A stretch of 64,000 bases of DNA from Gammaproteobacteria bacterium (lineage in GTDB: Bacteria; Pseudomonadota; Gammaproteobacteria; GCA-001735895). Positions 30,928 to 41,545 of the stretch are shown here, one piece after another (the stretch's first letter is position 1; each line of letters starts with the position of its first letter). The stretch is from assembly GCA_050288105.1 (NCBI GenBank), contig JBNKDE010000013.1, forward strand, positions 3,519-67,518, written 5' to 3'. The position numbers and the translations under genes are program-made. The notes beneath the pieces are model-generated. The model had not been told where the DNA came from and did not search any database. It worked only from the letters and a program-made list of their open reading frames with translations.

Positions 30928-31898
30928 GGTTTTACATACTCGAAAAAGCGATCCAGGTCGATCATTCCACCGCTAAGGATAAGCCCTACTTTTTTCCCTT
31001 TCATGCTCGTCTGTTCTTTAATCAGGGCCGCCAGCGGTGCCGCGCCAGCACCTTCTGCCAGGTTATGGGTGCTTAGGTAATACTCACGCATTGCGTCCTT
31101 AATCTGTTCATCAGACACGGTCACGATGCGACTGGCACCGGCCAGGATAATGTCGAAGGCTTCCGGTAGAGGGCTGCGGGTGGCAACGCCATCGGCGATG
31201 GTGTTAACGTCCTCGGTTGGTATAATTTTCCCGGCCTCGAAGGACAGCGCGAAGGCAGGCGCACCTTCAGCAACAACGCCCACGATTTCTGTTGTTAAAC
31301 CCAGCGCATCACGTGTTTTAATCAGGCCGCAAATGCCCGAGCCCATGCCAACGGGTACATACACGGTATGTAAGTCCTTTATTGTGGATAAGAACTCCAG
31401 CGCATAGCTGGCAACGCCCAGCACCAGATCTCGACAGAAAGGTGGTACGGCCTGGTAACCATAAGCATGCTGTAATTCGATGCTATGTAGACGCGCCGCT
31501 TCAAAATCCTTGCCATGTACAATCAGTTCAGCACCCAGCGATTGTATGGCTCGATTTTGATCAGGGCTGTTGCCTTCAGGAACGACAATGGTGACGGGCA
31601 TGTTGGCCCGCGCGCCAGCATAGGCCAGGCTTTGTCCATGGTTGCCGCGAGTGGCTGAAATCAGGCCATGGATTTGTTCAGGGCGCTGCTGCATTTGATG
31701 CATTAAATGGATCCCACCACGTACCTTAAATGCCGTTGTTGCTGTGTGGTTCTCATGTTTTACCCAAACATCGCAAGCGGTACGCTGGCACAGTAATGGC
31801 CAGTTGCGTTGCAGCGTTGGCTGTATGAATTGATGAACAATGCCAGTGGCCTGTTGCAGTTGCGCCAGATTAAACATGGGTATAGCTCCGTATCTCAC
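30924..31898 (-). CDS. PLP-dependent threonine/serine dehydratase-family enzyme
   Basis: FKVRGG PLP-lysine motif and a G-rich loop (GMGSGICG). Confidence 0.75.
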   Translation of the reverse strand: MRYGAIPMFNLAQLQQATGIVHQFIQPTLQRNWPLLCQRTACDVWVKHENHTATTAFKVRGGIHLMHQMQQRPEQIHGLISATRGNHGQSLAYAGARANMPVTIVVPEGNSPDQNRAIQSLGAELIVHGKDFEAARLHSIELQHAYGYQAVPPFCRDLVLGVASYALEFLSTIKDLHTVYVPVGMGSGICGLIKTRDALGLTTEIVGVVAEGAPAFALSFEAGKIIPTEDVNTIADGVATRSPLPEAFDIILAGASRIVTVSDEQIKDAMREYYLSTHNLAEGAGAAPLAALIKEQTSMKGKKVGLILSGGMIDLDRFFEYVKP

Positions 31899-31927
31899 TT
31901 GACATCTATACTAGTAACTGGAATTGT

Positions 31928-33322
31928 ATGTCTCAAGAAATATATTGTATGGCGGATAATATAATTATGTGGACCCCGGATTTATCCAGAGAGCAGGGGC
32001 CTCTTTACCTGCAACTGGTGAATAGAATGGCGCAGGACATTGAGGCCGGTGTGCTCAAGGTGGGAGAGAAACTACCACCCCAGCGTCAGTTGGCCTGGCA
32101 CCTGGGTATCAACCTGAGCACGGTGACCAAGGCATTCCAGGAAGCAAACAAAAGGCATTTGATTAGTGGTGAAGTTGGCAGGGGAACCTACATCCTGGCT
32201 AAAAGTGCCGAAGCCGCGTTGTTTAATTTAAAACAGGAAGTGGATGCATCAATCATAGATCTGAGTACGCACGTGCCGGTTGCCATGCCCGCAGATCTTG
32301 ATCTGGAGAATACCCTGAGCGAGATGATGCAGGATGGAGAAGGCCTGTCACAATATCTGCAGTATCACTCTCCTTCCTCCGTGCTAAGGCAGAAAATCAG
32401 CTGCTCCCGATGGTTAGCTGAGCTGGGTTATGTTATCGGGCCAGAGTCATGCATTGCTACCACCTGTGCCCAAAATGCTTTAATGGTGAGTTTATTGAGT
32501 TGTTGTCGGGCTGATGACACGGTGCTGGTGAATGAGCTTACCTTTCCTGGCATGAAAGCCGTATCCAGACAGCTCAGTCTAAAACTCCAGGGTATTGAAA
32601 TGGATGAGCAGGGCATTATCCCGCAGGCACTGGAATCGGCCATCCGTTCAAGCAATGCAAGGGTACTGGTGTCGGACCCCAGGCTACAGAATCCGACCGC
32701 CAGTAGTATGGGTAAACAACGCCAGCAGGCGATCATCGATATCATCAAAAAGCATCAATTGTTATTCATTGAAGAATACGTTATCGGTGCATTAACAGGG
32801 TGTCCACCCATTAGCACCGAGATAAAGCAGCATTCCATATTGATCACCAGTTTTGCCAAGACCGTCGCCCCCGGAATCCGTTTTGCGATGATTGCTGGAG
32901 AGCACCCGCTACTGCAAAAGATTCTGGCAGAATCTCACGCTACCAGCTGGCAATTCAGTCCGCTGATGGCCGAGATCGCCTGTCGCTGGATAGAGTCGGG
33001 GCTGGCTAAAAAAAGAATGGATTGGCAATGGCAGGAAATCCAGCAACGACATCGTATTTTTAAAAAGATATTCCCCGATACTCGCTACGCTGGTAATCAT
33101 GAGGTGTGCTCGCATGTCTGGCTCCCGGTAGCAGGTAGCGCAGAGCAGGCCCAGCAAAAATGCCATCAACTGGGTGTAGAGGTTGTCGCAGCAGGGCTAT
33201 TTGCGGTAGGACGCCAGTATCCGCAGTGCATTCGGGTTAGTTTGACCGCTGCAAAGAGCAGGCAGCAATTAAAGATTGGTCTGGAGAGGATTTATCAATC
33301 TGGCGTGATAAAAAGAAAATAA
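31928..33322 (+). CDS. MocR/GabR-type GntR regulator with aminotransferase-like domain
   Basis: GntR HTH (LPPQRQLAWHLGINLSTVTKAFQE) plus a fold-type-I PLP domain. Divergent from the dehydratase-transporter operon. The true start may be the downstream Met (MWTPDLS). Confidence 0.75.
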   Translation: MSQEIYCMADNIIMWTPDLSREQGPLYLQLVNRMAQDIEAGVLKVGEKLPPQRQLAWHLGINLSTVTKAFQEANKRHLISGEVGRGTYILAKSAEAALFNLKQEVDASIIDLSTHVPVAMPADLDLENTLSEMMQDGEGLSQYLQYHSPSSVLRQKISCSRWLAELGYVIGPESCIATTCAQNALMVSLLSCCRADDTVLVNELTFPGMKAVSRQLSLKLQGIEMDEQGIIPQALESAIRSSNARVLVSDPRLQNPTASSMGKQRQQAIIDIIKKHQLLFIEEYVIGALTGCPPISTEIKQHSILITSFAKTVAPGIRFAMIAGEHPLLQKILAESHATSWQFSPLMAEIACRWIESGLAKKRMDWQWQEIQQRHRIFKKIFPDTRYAGNHEVCSHVWLPVAGSAEQAQQKCHQLGVEVVAAGLFAVGRQYPQCIRVSLTAAKSRQQLKIGLERIYQSGVIKRK

Positions 33323-33335
33323 TATTTCAGGTTTC

Positions 33336-33420
33336 TCAACCCCACCCTAACCCTCCCCTTGTTAAGGGGAGGGAACTCTTGCTCCTCCCCCTGCCAAGGG
33401 GGAGGTTGGGAGGGGGTTGA
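33336..33420. terminator. Bidirectional terminator hairpins between convergent MocR-like gene and cynS
   Basis: ccctcccc-ttgtt-aaggggaggg and ctcctccccctgccaagggggagg hairpins lie between convergent 3' ends. Confidence 0.6.
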
Positions 33421-33457
33421 TTAATGGCTTCCTCTCCATTCCGGTCAGGTTTAGAAA

Positions 33458-33901
33458 TTACCAGGACTTATAAGGCAGGAACTTACCATTCAAAGTCACA
33501 ACAACTCGGTCACCTTTAGGATCTTCCTGCTTGTCGATATTCATGGTGAAGTCAATCGCTGACATGATGCCATCGCCAAATTTCTCGTGGATCAGTTCTT
33601 TGATGGTTTCGCCATATACACCGACGATTTCGTACCAGCGATAGATAACGGGATCGGTAGGCACAACCTGGGCGAATTCTTTGTTGGGGAAGTCCTGCAA
33701 TGCGGATGACAGGTCTGCACCCAGTCCCAGGATCTCGGCCACCGGATCAGCATTCTCTTTTTCCAGGTGGTTCATACCCAGGCAGGCTGAAGTCGTGTAT
33801 TCGGGCGCGAGACCGGCAGCTTCAGCGATGGCCGCCCAGCTTAATCCCTTCTCTTTTTTGGCTGCCAGAATGGCAAGTTTCATTTCATGTTTGTTCATCA
33901 A
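33458..33901 (-). CDS. cynS: Cyanate hydratase (cyanase) CynS
   Basis: 147 aa. The C-terminal YRWYEIVGVYGETIKELIHEKFGDGIMSAIDF closely matches the E. coli CynS C-terminus as I recall it. Confidence 0.9.
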   Translation of the reverse strand: MMNKHEMKLAILAAKKEKGLSWAAIAEAAGLAPEYTTSACLGMNHLEKENADPVAEILGLGADLSSALQDFPNKEFAQVVPTDPVIYRWYEIVGVYGETIKELIHEKFGDGIMSAIDFTMNIDKQEDPKGDRVVVTLNGKFLPYKSW

Positions 33902-34035
33902 GGTTTACCTCGGTTAGTTTGGTCAATTTGAGTTTTGGTAATGCTTGCAATGCAAATGCAATGCCAGCTCGGGTAAACAGCCTGCTAGACGGATAAATGG
34001 GTTGAATCTAGCAGGGGGTGAGGGAATGCGGTCCT

Positions 34036-34080
34036 GATATTTGTCCGACAAAGTCGACAAAGTGGACACGAATTGATGGA
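34036..34080. promoter_or_regulatory. Phased GACAAAG direct repeats / GTCC-N17-GGAC inverted repeat; candidate enhancer (UAS)
   Basis: ttGTCCGACAAAGTCGACAAAGTGGACacgaattgatgGACAAAG, located 60-100 bp upstream of the sigma-54 promoter. Confidence 0.4.
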
Positions 34081-34132
34081 CAAAGCTGGCCAATGCATCG
34101 AAAAAATCCGTTTAACGGGTCAATTCAGCGGA

Positions 34133-34148
34133 TGGCATGATCTCTGCA
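34133..34148 (+). promoter_or_regulatory. Sigma-54 (-24/-12) promoter for the ABC importer operon
   Basis: TGGCAT-gatct-CTGCA, a GG-N10-GC spacing, ending about 35 bp upstream of the ATG at 34183. Confidence 0.55.
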
Positions 34149-34182
34149 TTGGTGATACCAATCAAAGTTTAGAGGTGTTGCC

Positions 34183-34995
34183 ATGAGTGCAAATTTAAGT
34201 ATCGATTACATTACCCATACCTTTAAGGGACAGAGTCAACCAACCCTTAAGGATATTGAGCTACAAATTAAGCCGGGCGAAAAAATCGCCCTCATCGGCC
34301 GCAGTGGCTGCGGCAAATCCACCCTGTTGCATATGCTGGCGGGTCTGTTGATCCCCAGTGAAGGTTGTGTACGCATACACGGACATACCGTGAGTAAGCC
34401 CAGCGCAAAATGGAACATGATGTTCCAGAAGCCTTCTTTATACCCCTGGATGAGTGTGCGTGAAAATGCCGAGTTGGGACTGGTATTCACAGGCAAACGC
34501 GACCCTCAGAAAATTGACCGCCTGCTCGCGATGGTGGGCCTGTCGGACAAGGCTGATGCCAATGTGCAAAGCCTGTCAGGTGGTCAGCAACAACGTGTGG
34601 CACTGGCTCGCTCGCTGGCGACTTCGCCAGAACTGTTGTTACTGGACGAGCCTTTTTCTGCACTGGATGCTTTCACCCGCTCAAGCCTGCAGGATGATGT
34701 TGCACGTATTGTGACCCAGGAAGGGTTGACGCTGGTAATTGTTACACATGATATCGATGAAGCGGTGGCAATGGCTGATCGCGTACTGATTATGTCTGCC
34801 AACCCGGGCAAGATCGTCGGTGAAATGCATGTCGACTTACCGCTTCCGCGTAACCGTGCATCTAACGAATTTAGCCGTCAGCGTGAACAGTTAATGAACC
34901 AGTTCGAAGGACTGGTCGGTGATGTTCATGCCTCTGATAACGAATCTGAAACGGCAGCCCAGAGCAAACTGCAAGCCGATCAAAAAGCTGCCTGA
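34183..34995 (+). CDS. ABC transporter ATP-binding protein (nitrate/cyanate/sulfonate NrtD/CynD/SsuB family)
   Basis: Walker A GRSGCGKST and signature LSGGQQQRVALAR. Confidence 0.85.
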   Translation: MSANLSIDYITHTFKGQSQPTLKDIELQIKPGEKIALIGRSGCGKSTLLHMLAGLLIPSEGCVRIHGHTVSKPSAKWNMMFQKPSLYPWMSVRENAELGLVFTGKRDPQKIDRLLAMVGLSDKADANVQSLSGGQQQRVALARSLATSPELLLLDEPFSALDAFTRSSLQDDVARIVTQEGLTLVIVTHDIDEAVAMADRVLIMSANPGKIVGEMHVDLPLPRNRASNEFSRQREQLMNQFEGLVGDVHASDNESETAAQSKLQADQKAA

Positions 34996-35022
34996 TAAAT
35001 CTATTAACCCTGGAGATGTACC

Positions 35023-36261
35023 ATGACTAAACAAAAAGATGATGAATTAGAATACCTGGCCAAACATGAAATGAGTCGTAGAGACTTCATGTTAGATATG
35101 ATGGCTATGGGCGGGCTGGCCGCCGGCATGACCATGCCTGGACTGGGTCTAGCCAATATGACACCCCCTGACGATGAAGTCGTCAGGATTGGATACCTGC
35201 CAATCACCGATGCGACTGCATTGCTGGTTGCGCATGGCATGGGCTTTTTTGAGGATGAAAGCCTGAAGGCTGAAAAGCCAACCTTGATTAGAGGCTGGTC
35301 TCCATTGGTGGAAGGCTTTGCCGCAGGCAAATTTAACCTGGTGCATTTTCTCAAGCCGATCCCGGTGTGGATGCGTTACAACAATGACTTTCCGGTCAAA
35401 ATCATGTCCTGGGCACATATCAATGGTTCGGCCCTGGTAGTGGGTAAGCACACGGGTGCAGAAGATTTCAAGGACCTGGGCGGCATGCAGGTCGCTGTTC
35501 CTTACTGGTATTCGATGCATAACATCGTGTTGCAGATGGGATTGCGTAGCGCAGGCCTGAAGCCGGTGATTAAGGACCAGAAAGCGCCGCTGGCAAAGGA
35601 TGAAGTTAACCTGATGATTATGCCGCCGCCTGACATGCCGCCTGCACTGGCTGCGCAAAAGATCGATGCCTTTATTGTGGCAGAGCCATTTAATGCCTTC
35701 GGTGAAATGAAAGCTGGCGGTAAAGTGTTGCGTTTTACCGGTGATATGTGGAAAAACCACCCTTGCTGCGTTATCTGCATGAATGAAAACACCGTCAATG
35801 CCAAGCCCGAGTGGACGCAAAAGGTGATGAATGCAATTGTTCGAGCCGAAGTGTATGCGCAACAGAACAAGGAAGAGGTCGCCATGATGATGTCTCGCGA
35901 CGGCAAAAAATACCTGCCCATGCCGGGTAAGGCAGTGGTCAGGGCGATGACTTATTATGATGAAGGCAAGTACGCAACACCCGATGCTATCCGCAACAAA
36001 GGCGAGTTTGGCAATGGTCGTATCGACTTTTCACCTTATCCCTATCCTTCGGCCACTAAAATGATCGTCGATGCCATGGGTGAAACACTGGTCAGTGGTG
36101 ACAATACCTTTATCAAGAAACTGGATCCTGAATTCGTAGCGAATGACCTGGTTGACTACAAGCATGTGAAAGCGGCAATGGCTAAATTCAAGGGCTGGGA
36201 AAACTCTCCCGGCGTTGATGCGGCGAATCCGTTTGAACGTGAAGAAGTGGTGAAGATATGA
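35023..36261 (+). CDS. ABC substrate-binding protein, NrtA/CmpA/CynA family, Tat-secreted
   Basis: Tat motif SRRDFML. 412 aa. Confidence 0.75.
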   Translation: MTKQKDDELEYLAKHEMSRRDFMLDMMAMGGLAAGMTMPGLGLANMTPPDDEVVRIGYLPITDATALLVAHGMGFFEDESLKAEKPTLIRGWSPLVEGFAAGKFNLVHFLKPIPVWMRYNNDFPVKIMSWAHINGSALVVGKHTGAEDFKDLGGMQVAVPYWYSMHNIVLQMGLRSAGLKPVIKDQKAPLAKDEVNLMIMPPPDMPPALAAQKIDAFIVAEPFNAFGEMKAGGKVLRFTGDMWKNHPCCVICMNENTVNAKPEWTQKVMNAIVRAEVYAQQNKEEVAMMMSRDGKKYLPMPGKAVVRAMTYYDEGKYATPDAIRNKGEFGNGRIDFSPYPYPSATKMIVDAMGETLVSGDNTFIKKLDPEFVANDLVDYKHVKAAMAKFKGWENSPGVDAANPFEREEVVKI

Positions 36262-37100
36262 GTACGCCTGAAACTGTGATGGCTTTTCGCATGCGCAAAA
36301 CCGGACCTGTGGTCGACTGGTCACAGCTGGGATTGTTTTTACTGACCCGCCTGGGTTATCCGGCTGCCGGTATTATGATGATGGTCGGATTATGGTGGAT
36401 TGGTGGCTGGTTGATCGCCAGCAATCCAGCAACCGAATCCTTTGCTGATTTTGCGCCAGAGCCTACTTTTTATCGTTTGATTGAGCTGGTTGCAAATGGC
36501 TACATGATCGAGGCTTCATTACCGAGTTTGCAGCGTATTGGACTGGGGCTATGGTGGGCGGTGTTGATCGGGGTGCCGGTGGGTGTCGCGATAGGGCTGT
36601 TCGCGCGCATGCGTGAACTGACCCACGTACCCTTCCAGTTCTTACGCATGATCTCGCCACTGGCGTGGATGCCGATTGCGGTTATGGCGTTTGCAACCTG
36701 GGATAGTGCGATCGTCTTTCTAATCACTGTGGCAGCGATCTGGCCAATTGTATTTTCTTCTGCACAGGGTGTACGCCGCATTGATCCGCTGTGGTTTAAG
36801 GTGGCGAAGAACCTGGGTGCAGGTGGCGTACAGATGCTGTGGCGTATTATTCTGCCTGCTATCGGTCAGGATGTGTTTGCCGGTATTCGCCTTGCGGTAG
36901 GTGTGGCCTGGATCGTGCTGGTTCCTGCCGAATACCTGGGTGTAACCAGCGGTCTGGGTTATGCGATCAACGATGCGCGAGATACGCTTGAGTATGACAC
37001 GCTGGCCGCTATGGTCGTGATCATTGGTATCATCGGCTTCTTTCTGGATGCCATTTGTGTCAGTTTCATCAAGCGATTCAGCTGGCACAATCAGGACTAA
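36258..37100 (+). CDS. ABC transporter permease (NrtB/CynB/SsuC family)
   Basis: 280 aa membrane protein carrying the EAA-like loop of the binding-protein-dependent family. Confidence 0.8.
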   Translation: MSTPETVMAFRMRKTGPVVDWSQLGLFLLTRLGYPAAGIMMMVGLWWIGGWLIASNPATESFADFAPEPTFYRLIELVANGYMIEASLPSLQRIGLGLWWAVLIGVPVGVAIGLFARMRELTHVPFQFLRMISPLAWMPIAVMAFATWDSAIVFLITVAAIWPIVFSSAQGVRRIDPLWFKVAKNLGAGGVQMLWRIILPAIGQDVFAGIRLAVGVAWIVLVPAEYLGVTSGLGYAINDARDTLEYDTLAAMVVIIGIIGFFLDAICVSFIKRFSWHNQD

Positions 37101-37257
37101 TCTGCGCACCATTTCGGTTCAAAAACAAAATCGAAATGGTGCAGCTCTTGCTGTTTCTGCACCTTAAATAAGAATCTACCGATTTACTAATGTAAAATTA
37201 GACGCGCTATTGTCGATAGGCATACTGATGCATTGTCGACATTGTCAGGAGTAGATT

Positions 37258-38877
37258 ATGGATCCGAGAAGTGACTCATCCATTCTTGAATCAGAATTGC
37301 TGGTTGTGCACGAAGCAGCCAAACTTATCACCCGCTATAAGGAACCCGGCCCGGCTATACAGGGCATCTTGAGATTACTTTCTCAACTACTCGGCTTAAA
37401 CCGGGGTCGGGTGCTATTGCCCGATATCCAGAGCAATACCCTTGAAATCAAATACGCTTATGGATTGACCGAAAATGAAAAGGATCGGGGTCGTTATATT
37501 ATTGGCGAAGGGGTGACCGGGAGAATCTATCAAACCGGTCAGATTGCGCTGATTCAGGATATCGATGAAGAGCCAACCTACCTGGCGCGCGCGGTTGACC
37601 GGACTACGCTACCTAGCGAAGTCGTATCCTATATTGGCTTACCTATTATTGCGGATGAATCTCCCATAGGCGTGCTGGCGGTGCATCGCCTGCGATTCCG
37701 GGAACGGCCCTTTGCACGCGATCTGGAACTGTTGCAGGTGATGTCGACCTTTATCGCCCAGGTACTGGTGATTAACGAACTGGTATCTGAGCGCACCGCG
37801 CAATTGGTATCAGAAAATCAGTTACTTAAAAATAAGCTGGAAAGCAAGGGTGCACGCTTTGGCATTATCGGGCAGAGTCCGGCATTACATCAGGCCATAC
37901 AACAGGCGTTGCAGGTCGCAGATACCAATACCACAGTATTATTGCTGGGTGAGTCGGGCACTGGTAAGGAAAGATTTGCGCGCATGCAGCATCTCGCGAG
38001 CCAGCGTGCGGAAGGCCCCTTTGTTAGTATCAACTGTGCAGCCATCCCTTCATCATTGATTGAGTCAGAACTATTCGGTCACGAGAAAGGTGCCTTCACC
38101 GGTGCAACAGGTACCAAGCAGGGCAAGATAGAACTGGCTTCAGGCGGTACGCTGTTTCTGGATGAAATCGGTGACATGGATCTGGAACTACAGGCCAAGT
38201 TGCTCAAGGTACTGGAGAACAAGGTGATTCAACGAGTAGGCGGCAGCAAGGATATCAATGTGGATGTGCGAATTCTCGCGGCTACCCATAAAAATCTGCA
38301 GGAAGCGGTAAATGAAAACCGCTTTCGTCTGGACCTGTTCTATCGACTGAATGTATTTCCGATAAGATTGCCAGCCCTGCGCGCACGACGCGGCGATGTA
38401 CCCCTGCTGTGTCGTTTCTTCCTGAATACGGCGAATGAAGAATATGCGCGTAACCAGAACTTTACTACGGGTGCCCTGCGTCTTCTGGAACAGTACCCCT
38501 GGCCGGGAAATATCCGGCAGCTGGAAAACCTGGTAAAGCGTGCGGTACTGTTATGTGTTGACAATCAGATTAGTGAAGAACTGATACAGCAGATACTGGA
38601 AGATGAAGTCGCGGTGAACTCACCGGGATCAGAAGACCTGTTGCCGCTAAACGCCGAAATCAATACCAGCTTTCCTCCACCTGTCAGCGAGGTTTATCAG
38701 CCCCAGTCACCCACGGACGGACTGCGGCCCTATTTACGCGTACGCGAAGACGAGAGTACTGAAATATTGCAGGCACTGGCGCAGCAGCACGGAAATAAAA
38801 CGCGGGCGGCGATGAGTTTAGGTATGACGCCACGACAGTTTCGTTACCGTATCAAGAAACTTAATCTTGAGGTTTGA
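37258..38877 (+). CDS. Sigma-54-dependent transcriptional activator with N-terminal GAF domain (NorR/NifA/FhlA-like architecture)
   Basis: GAF N-terminus, AAA+ core ([18 protein letters not shown]) and a C-terminal HTH. Confidence 0.85.
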   Translation: MDPRSDSSILESELLVVHEAAKLITRYKEPGPAIQGILRLLSQLLGLNRGRVLLPDIQSNTLEIKYAYGLTENEKDRGRYIIGEGVTGRIYQTGQIALIQDIDEEPTYLARAVDRTTLPSEVVSYIGLPIIADESPIGVLAVHRLRFRERPFARDLELLQVMSTFIAQVLVINELVSERTAQLVSENQLLKNKLESKGARFGIIGQSPALHQAIQQALQVADTNTTVLLLGESGTGKERFARMQHLASQRAEGPFVSINCAAIPSSLIESELFGHEKGAFTGATGTKQGKIELASGGTLFLDEIGDMDLELQAKLLKVLENKVIQRVGGSKDINVDVRILAATHKNLQEAVNENRFRLDLFYRLNVFPIRLPALRARRGDVPLLCRFFLNTANEEYARNQNFTTGALRLLEQYPWPGNIRQLENLVKRAVLLCVDNQISEELIQQILEDEVAVNSPGSEDLLPLNAEINTSFPPPVSEVYQPQSPTDGLRPYLRVREDESTEILQALAQQHGNKTRAAMSLGMTPRQFRYRIKKLNLEV

Positions 38878-38886
38878 CTGGCTTTT

Positions 38887-39161
38887 TAACCACGAATTAG
38901 GGCAGGGATGCCCGTAAGTAGAGCAACGCAGGAGCAGTTGCCGAGCACACGAAGGGGTTTGAGTAATGGGAAAAGAATTTTAACCACAGAGAGCACAGAG
39001 AGCACAGAGAATTATAAAAATATTCTGTAACTATTCATCTCCTGTTTTAAGAAGACTCTGGTAATTGCCTGGCAACATATCTTACATTCTTCGTGCCCTT
39101 CGTGGTTTATCAAACCAGAAACACACAAATCTTCTCTGTGTACTCTGTGCTCTCTGTGGTT
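38887..39161. repeat. Composite repeat R7: module-2 left end, CACAGAG left end, module-2 right end, CACAGAG right end (interleaved)
   Basis: ttaaccacgaattagggcagggatgcccgtaagtagagcaacgcaggagcagttgccgagcacacgaagg ... ttaaccacagagagcacagagagcacagag ... cttcgtgcccttcgtggttta ... ctctgtgtactctgtgctctctgtggtt. Confidence 0.8.
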
Positions 39162-39212
39162 CAAATTAACCAAGAGATCTTCTAAGCACACTCGGTGGTG
39201 TAACGCCACTGT

Positions 39213-39260
39213 TGGACAAAGGTGACAAAGTGTCCGGCATTGCCTGGACATTGTCGACAA
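39213..39260. promoter_or_regulatory. Candidate UAS: GGACAAAGGTGACAAAGTGTCC inverted/direct repeat plus TTGTCGACAA palindrome
   Basis: Located 75-120 bp upstream of the sigma-54 promoter at 39335. Confidence 0.4.
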
Positions 39261-39334
39261 ACCATTCTGATCGGATTTTCACTAGATACGAAATCTTCAC
39301 ATAAGTGATTGATATATAACAAATAAAACCCTTC

Positions 39335-39350
39335 TGGCTCGGCCGTTGCA
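39335..39350 (+). promoter_or_regulatory. Sigma-54 (-24/-12) promoter upstream of the OsmC-like gene
   Basis: TGGCTC-ggccg-TTGCA, ending about 43 bp upstream of the ATG at 39393. Confidence 0.6.
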
Positions 39351-39392
39351 ATAACTCCAGTATGTTTAATAAATATCAACTGGAGAATTAAC

Positions 39393-39941
39393 ATGAGTGT
39401 AAATCAACAAACTATTGCAAAAAACATGAGCTGCCTACGTCCTCTGGATGGTGAGGGTTTAAAGGAACTGGGCGAGAAGGGCAAAGCCAATCCGAACGCT
39501 GTCGTTACCCTGAAAGCTAAGACTGTCTGCGAAGGTCAGTTCCGCATGCAAACCTATGTGCGCGACCTGGCACCCATGCTGATCGATGAGCCGCCTCATC
39601 TTCTGGGCGAAAACAATGCACCTAATCCTTCTGAAGCAGTGCTGGCTACTTTAGGTGCCTGCCTGGCGGTAGGTGTACACGCTAATGCCACTGCTAGAGG
39701 AATTAAACTCAGCAAGCTGGAGCTGGAACTGGAAGGTGATATCAACGTAACCGCAGTATGGGGAACCGGAGATCTGGACGAAGCCAAGACACTGGGATTT
39801 TCCGCAGTGCGCGTGAAGATTGATGCCGAAGGTGATGCTTCTAAAGAAGAAATCGATGAAATCATCGGTCACTCTAATGTGTGGTCTCCAGTTGCTAATA
39901 CCCTGCGTAACAATGTTGCACTGGAAGTATCACCTGCATAA
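39393..39941 (+). CDS. OsmC/Ohr-family peroxiredoxin-like protein
   Basis: 182 aa with OsmC-like features (EAVLATLGACLAV). Confidence 0.6.
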   Translation: MSVNQQTIAKNMSCLRPLDGEGLKELGEKGKANPNAVVTLKAKTVCEGQFRMQTYVRDLAPMLIDEPPHLLGENNAPNPSEAVLATLGACLAVGVHANATARGIKLSKLELELEGDINVTAVWGTGDLDEAKTLGFSAVRVKIDAEGDASKEEIDEIIGHSNVWSPVANTLRNNVALEVSPA

Positions 39942-39967
39942 GCCTGGATATTAAAGGAGCCATAGCC

Positions 39968-41101
39968 ATGAGCGAATCAGTAAAAAGTCTATCCGATGAG
40001 ATACTGTCGGTTGAACAATTGATCAGTTCGACCCAGCAGATCGTTGATACCACTTTAAAGCCATTAACCAACAAGATAGATATTGAAGGTTATTATCCTG
40101 AAGAAGTGTTGCGTCAACTGGGGCCGATAGGCGCATTTAAACAGCATCTTCCTTTCGTACGTAAGGACGGTGAACATGACATGGGCGCAGCCATACAGGC
40201 TATGGCTACGGTTTCGCATGAATGCATGTCAACCGGTTTTACCATGTGGTGTCAGGATACCTGTGGATGGTATCTGCAAAGCGCGGCGAACACCGAAGTT
40301 AGAGACATCTGGCTACCTAAAATTGCCAGCGGCGAAGTGCTCGCGGGTACCGGCATGTCTAATACCATGAAAGCATTTGCGGGTATCGAGCCACTACGCC
40401 TGAAGGGTAAAAAGGTCGATGGAGGTTACATTGTAAATGGTTCATTACCCTGGGTATCTAACCTGGGTGAGAATCATGTCTTTGGCACTTTATTCGAGCT
40501 GGAAGGCGCAAACGGTCGTTCAGTGATGACGCTGGTCGATTGTTCGATGGAAGGCTTTACACTCAGACTTTCTGCACATTTCACCGCATTAGAAGGTACC
40601 CGTACCTTTGCCTGTATCTTCGATAATGTGTTTATTCCTGACTCGATGATTATCGATCATGATGGCGCGTCGTTTCTCAAGCGTATCCGTGCAGGTATGG
40701 TGTTACTACAATTCGGTATGGGTGTCGGTAATATCCAGTCCTGCATCGATCTAAGCCGTGATGTTGAACCACTGCTGGGGCACGTAAACTGCTATCTGGA
40801 AGATCGCCCTGATGAGTTACAGGAAGAGCTGGATGATGCGGTAGAAGCCACTCTGGCACTGGCGGAAGATCCGTTCGAAACCTCGGATGAGTTTTTCCGT
40901 GAAATTCTACAGCTACGTCTTGCTGCAGGTGAACTGGCCATACGTGCTTCGCAATCAGCCATGATGCATACCGGCGCCAAGGGTTACCTGAAAGAAGCGC
41001 CTGCACAGAGAAAGTTACGTGAATCCTACTTTATTGCCATTGTTACACCGGCCATCAAGCATTTACGTAAAGAACTGGACACCATGGCTGTCGCAGCCTG
41101 A
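39968..41101 (+). CDS. Acyl-CoA-dehydrogenase-fold protein, possibly flavin monooxygenase/oxidase type
   Basis: 377 aa with the overall ACAD three-domain layout. Lies in the operon with OsmC. Confidence 0.55.
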   Translation: MSESVKSLSDEILSVEQLISSTQQIVDTTLKPLTNKIDIEGYYPEEVLRQLGPIGAFKQHLPFVRKDGEHDMGAAIQAMATVSHECMSTGFTMWCQDTCGWYLQSAANTEVRDIWLPKIASGEVLAGTGMSNTMKAFAGIEPLRLKGKKVDGGYIVNGSLPWVSNLGENHVFGTLFELEGANGRSVMTLVDCSMEGFTLRLSAHFTALEGTRTFACIFDNVFIPDSMIIDHDGASFLKRIRAGMVLLQFGMGVGNIQSCIDLSRDVEPLLGHVNCYLEDRPDELQEELDDAVEATLALAEDPFETSDEFFREILQLRLAAGELAIRASQSAMMHTGAKGYLKEAPAQRKLRESYFIAIVTPAIKHLRKELDTMAVAA

Positions 41102-41161
41102 GTCTCATGATGAGGGGCATTTTGCCCCTCAATTTAAATTGAGAATATAGAAGAGAATGCG

Positions 41162-41542
41162 ATGAAAACAATCAAATCAAATCAATCAGCTGAACAAACA
41201 GTAGCAACCTTACTAGCGGCCATCGAACAGCAGAATATGCGCGTGGTGGCACATATAAATGGACAGGCGAATGCCGCCAAAATGGGTAAAACCGTACCTG
41301 CTGATCAGATTCTGGAAGTGTTCAGACCCGATTTCGCAATCCGCGTGTGGGATGCCTGCAAAGCAGCAGGGCATGACATTCCGTTGCGTATCCATGTGTA
41401 CGAACAGGGCGATGATGTGATTGTTGCCTGTCGTATGCCGGGTGAAGTATTTGCGCCTTTTAAATCTGAAGGGCTGGATGCCATTGGTGCAGAGCTGGAT
41501 GAAATATTCGGCAATATTATTAACGCAGTGAGCGAGGATTAA
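41162..41542 (+). CDS. DUF302-domain protein
   Basis: 126 aa resembling the DUF302 family. Confidence 0.5.
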   Translation: MKTIKSNQSAEQTVATLLAAIEQQNMRVVAHINGQANAAKMGKTVPADQILEVFRPDFAIRVWDACKAAGHDIPLRIHVYEQGDDVIVACRMPGEVFAPFKSEGLDAIGAELDEIFGNIINAVSED

Positions 41543-41545
41543 GTC

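Noticed and set aside
38980-39009. Tandem cacagaga/gagcacaga short repeats that could be mistaken for a CRISPR array
   Set aside because: The units are 7-9 bp with no spacers. They belong to the heptamer-TIR repeat family and no cas genes are present.
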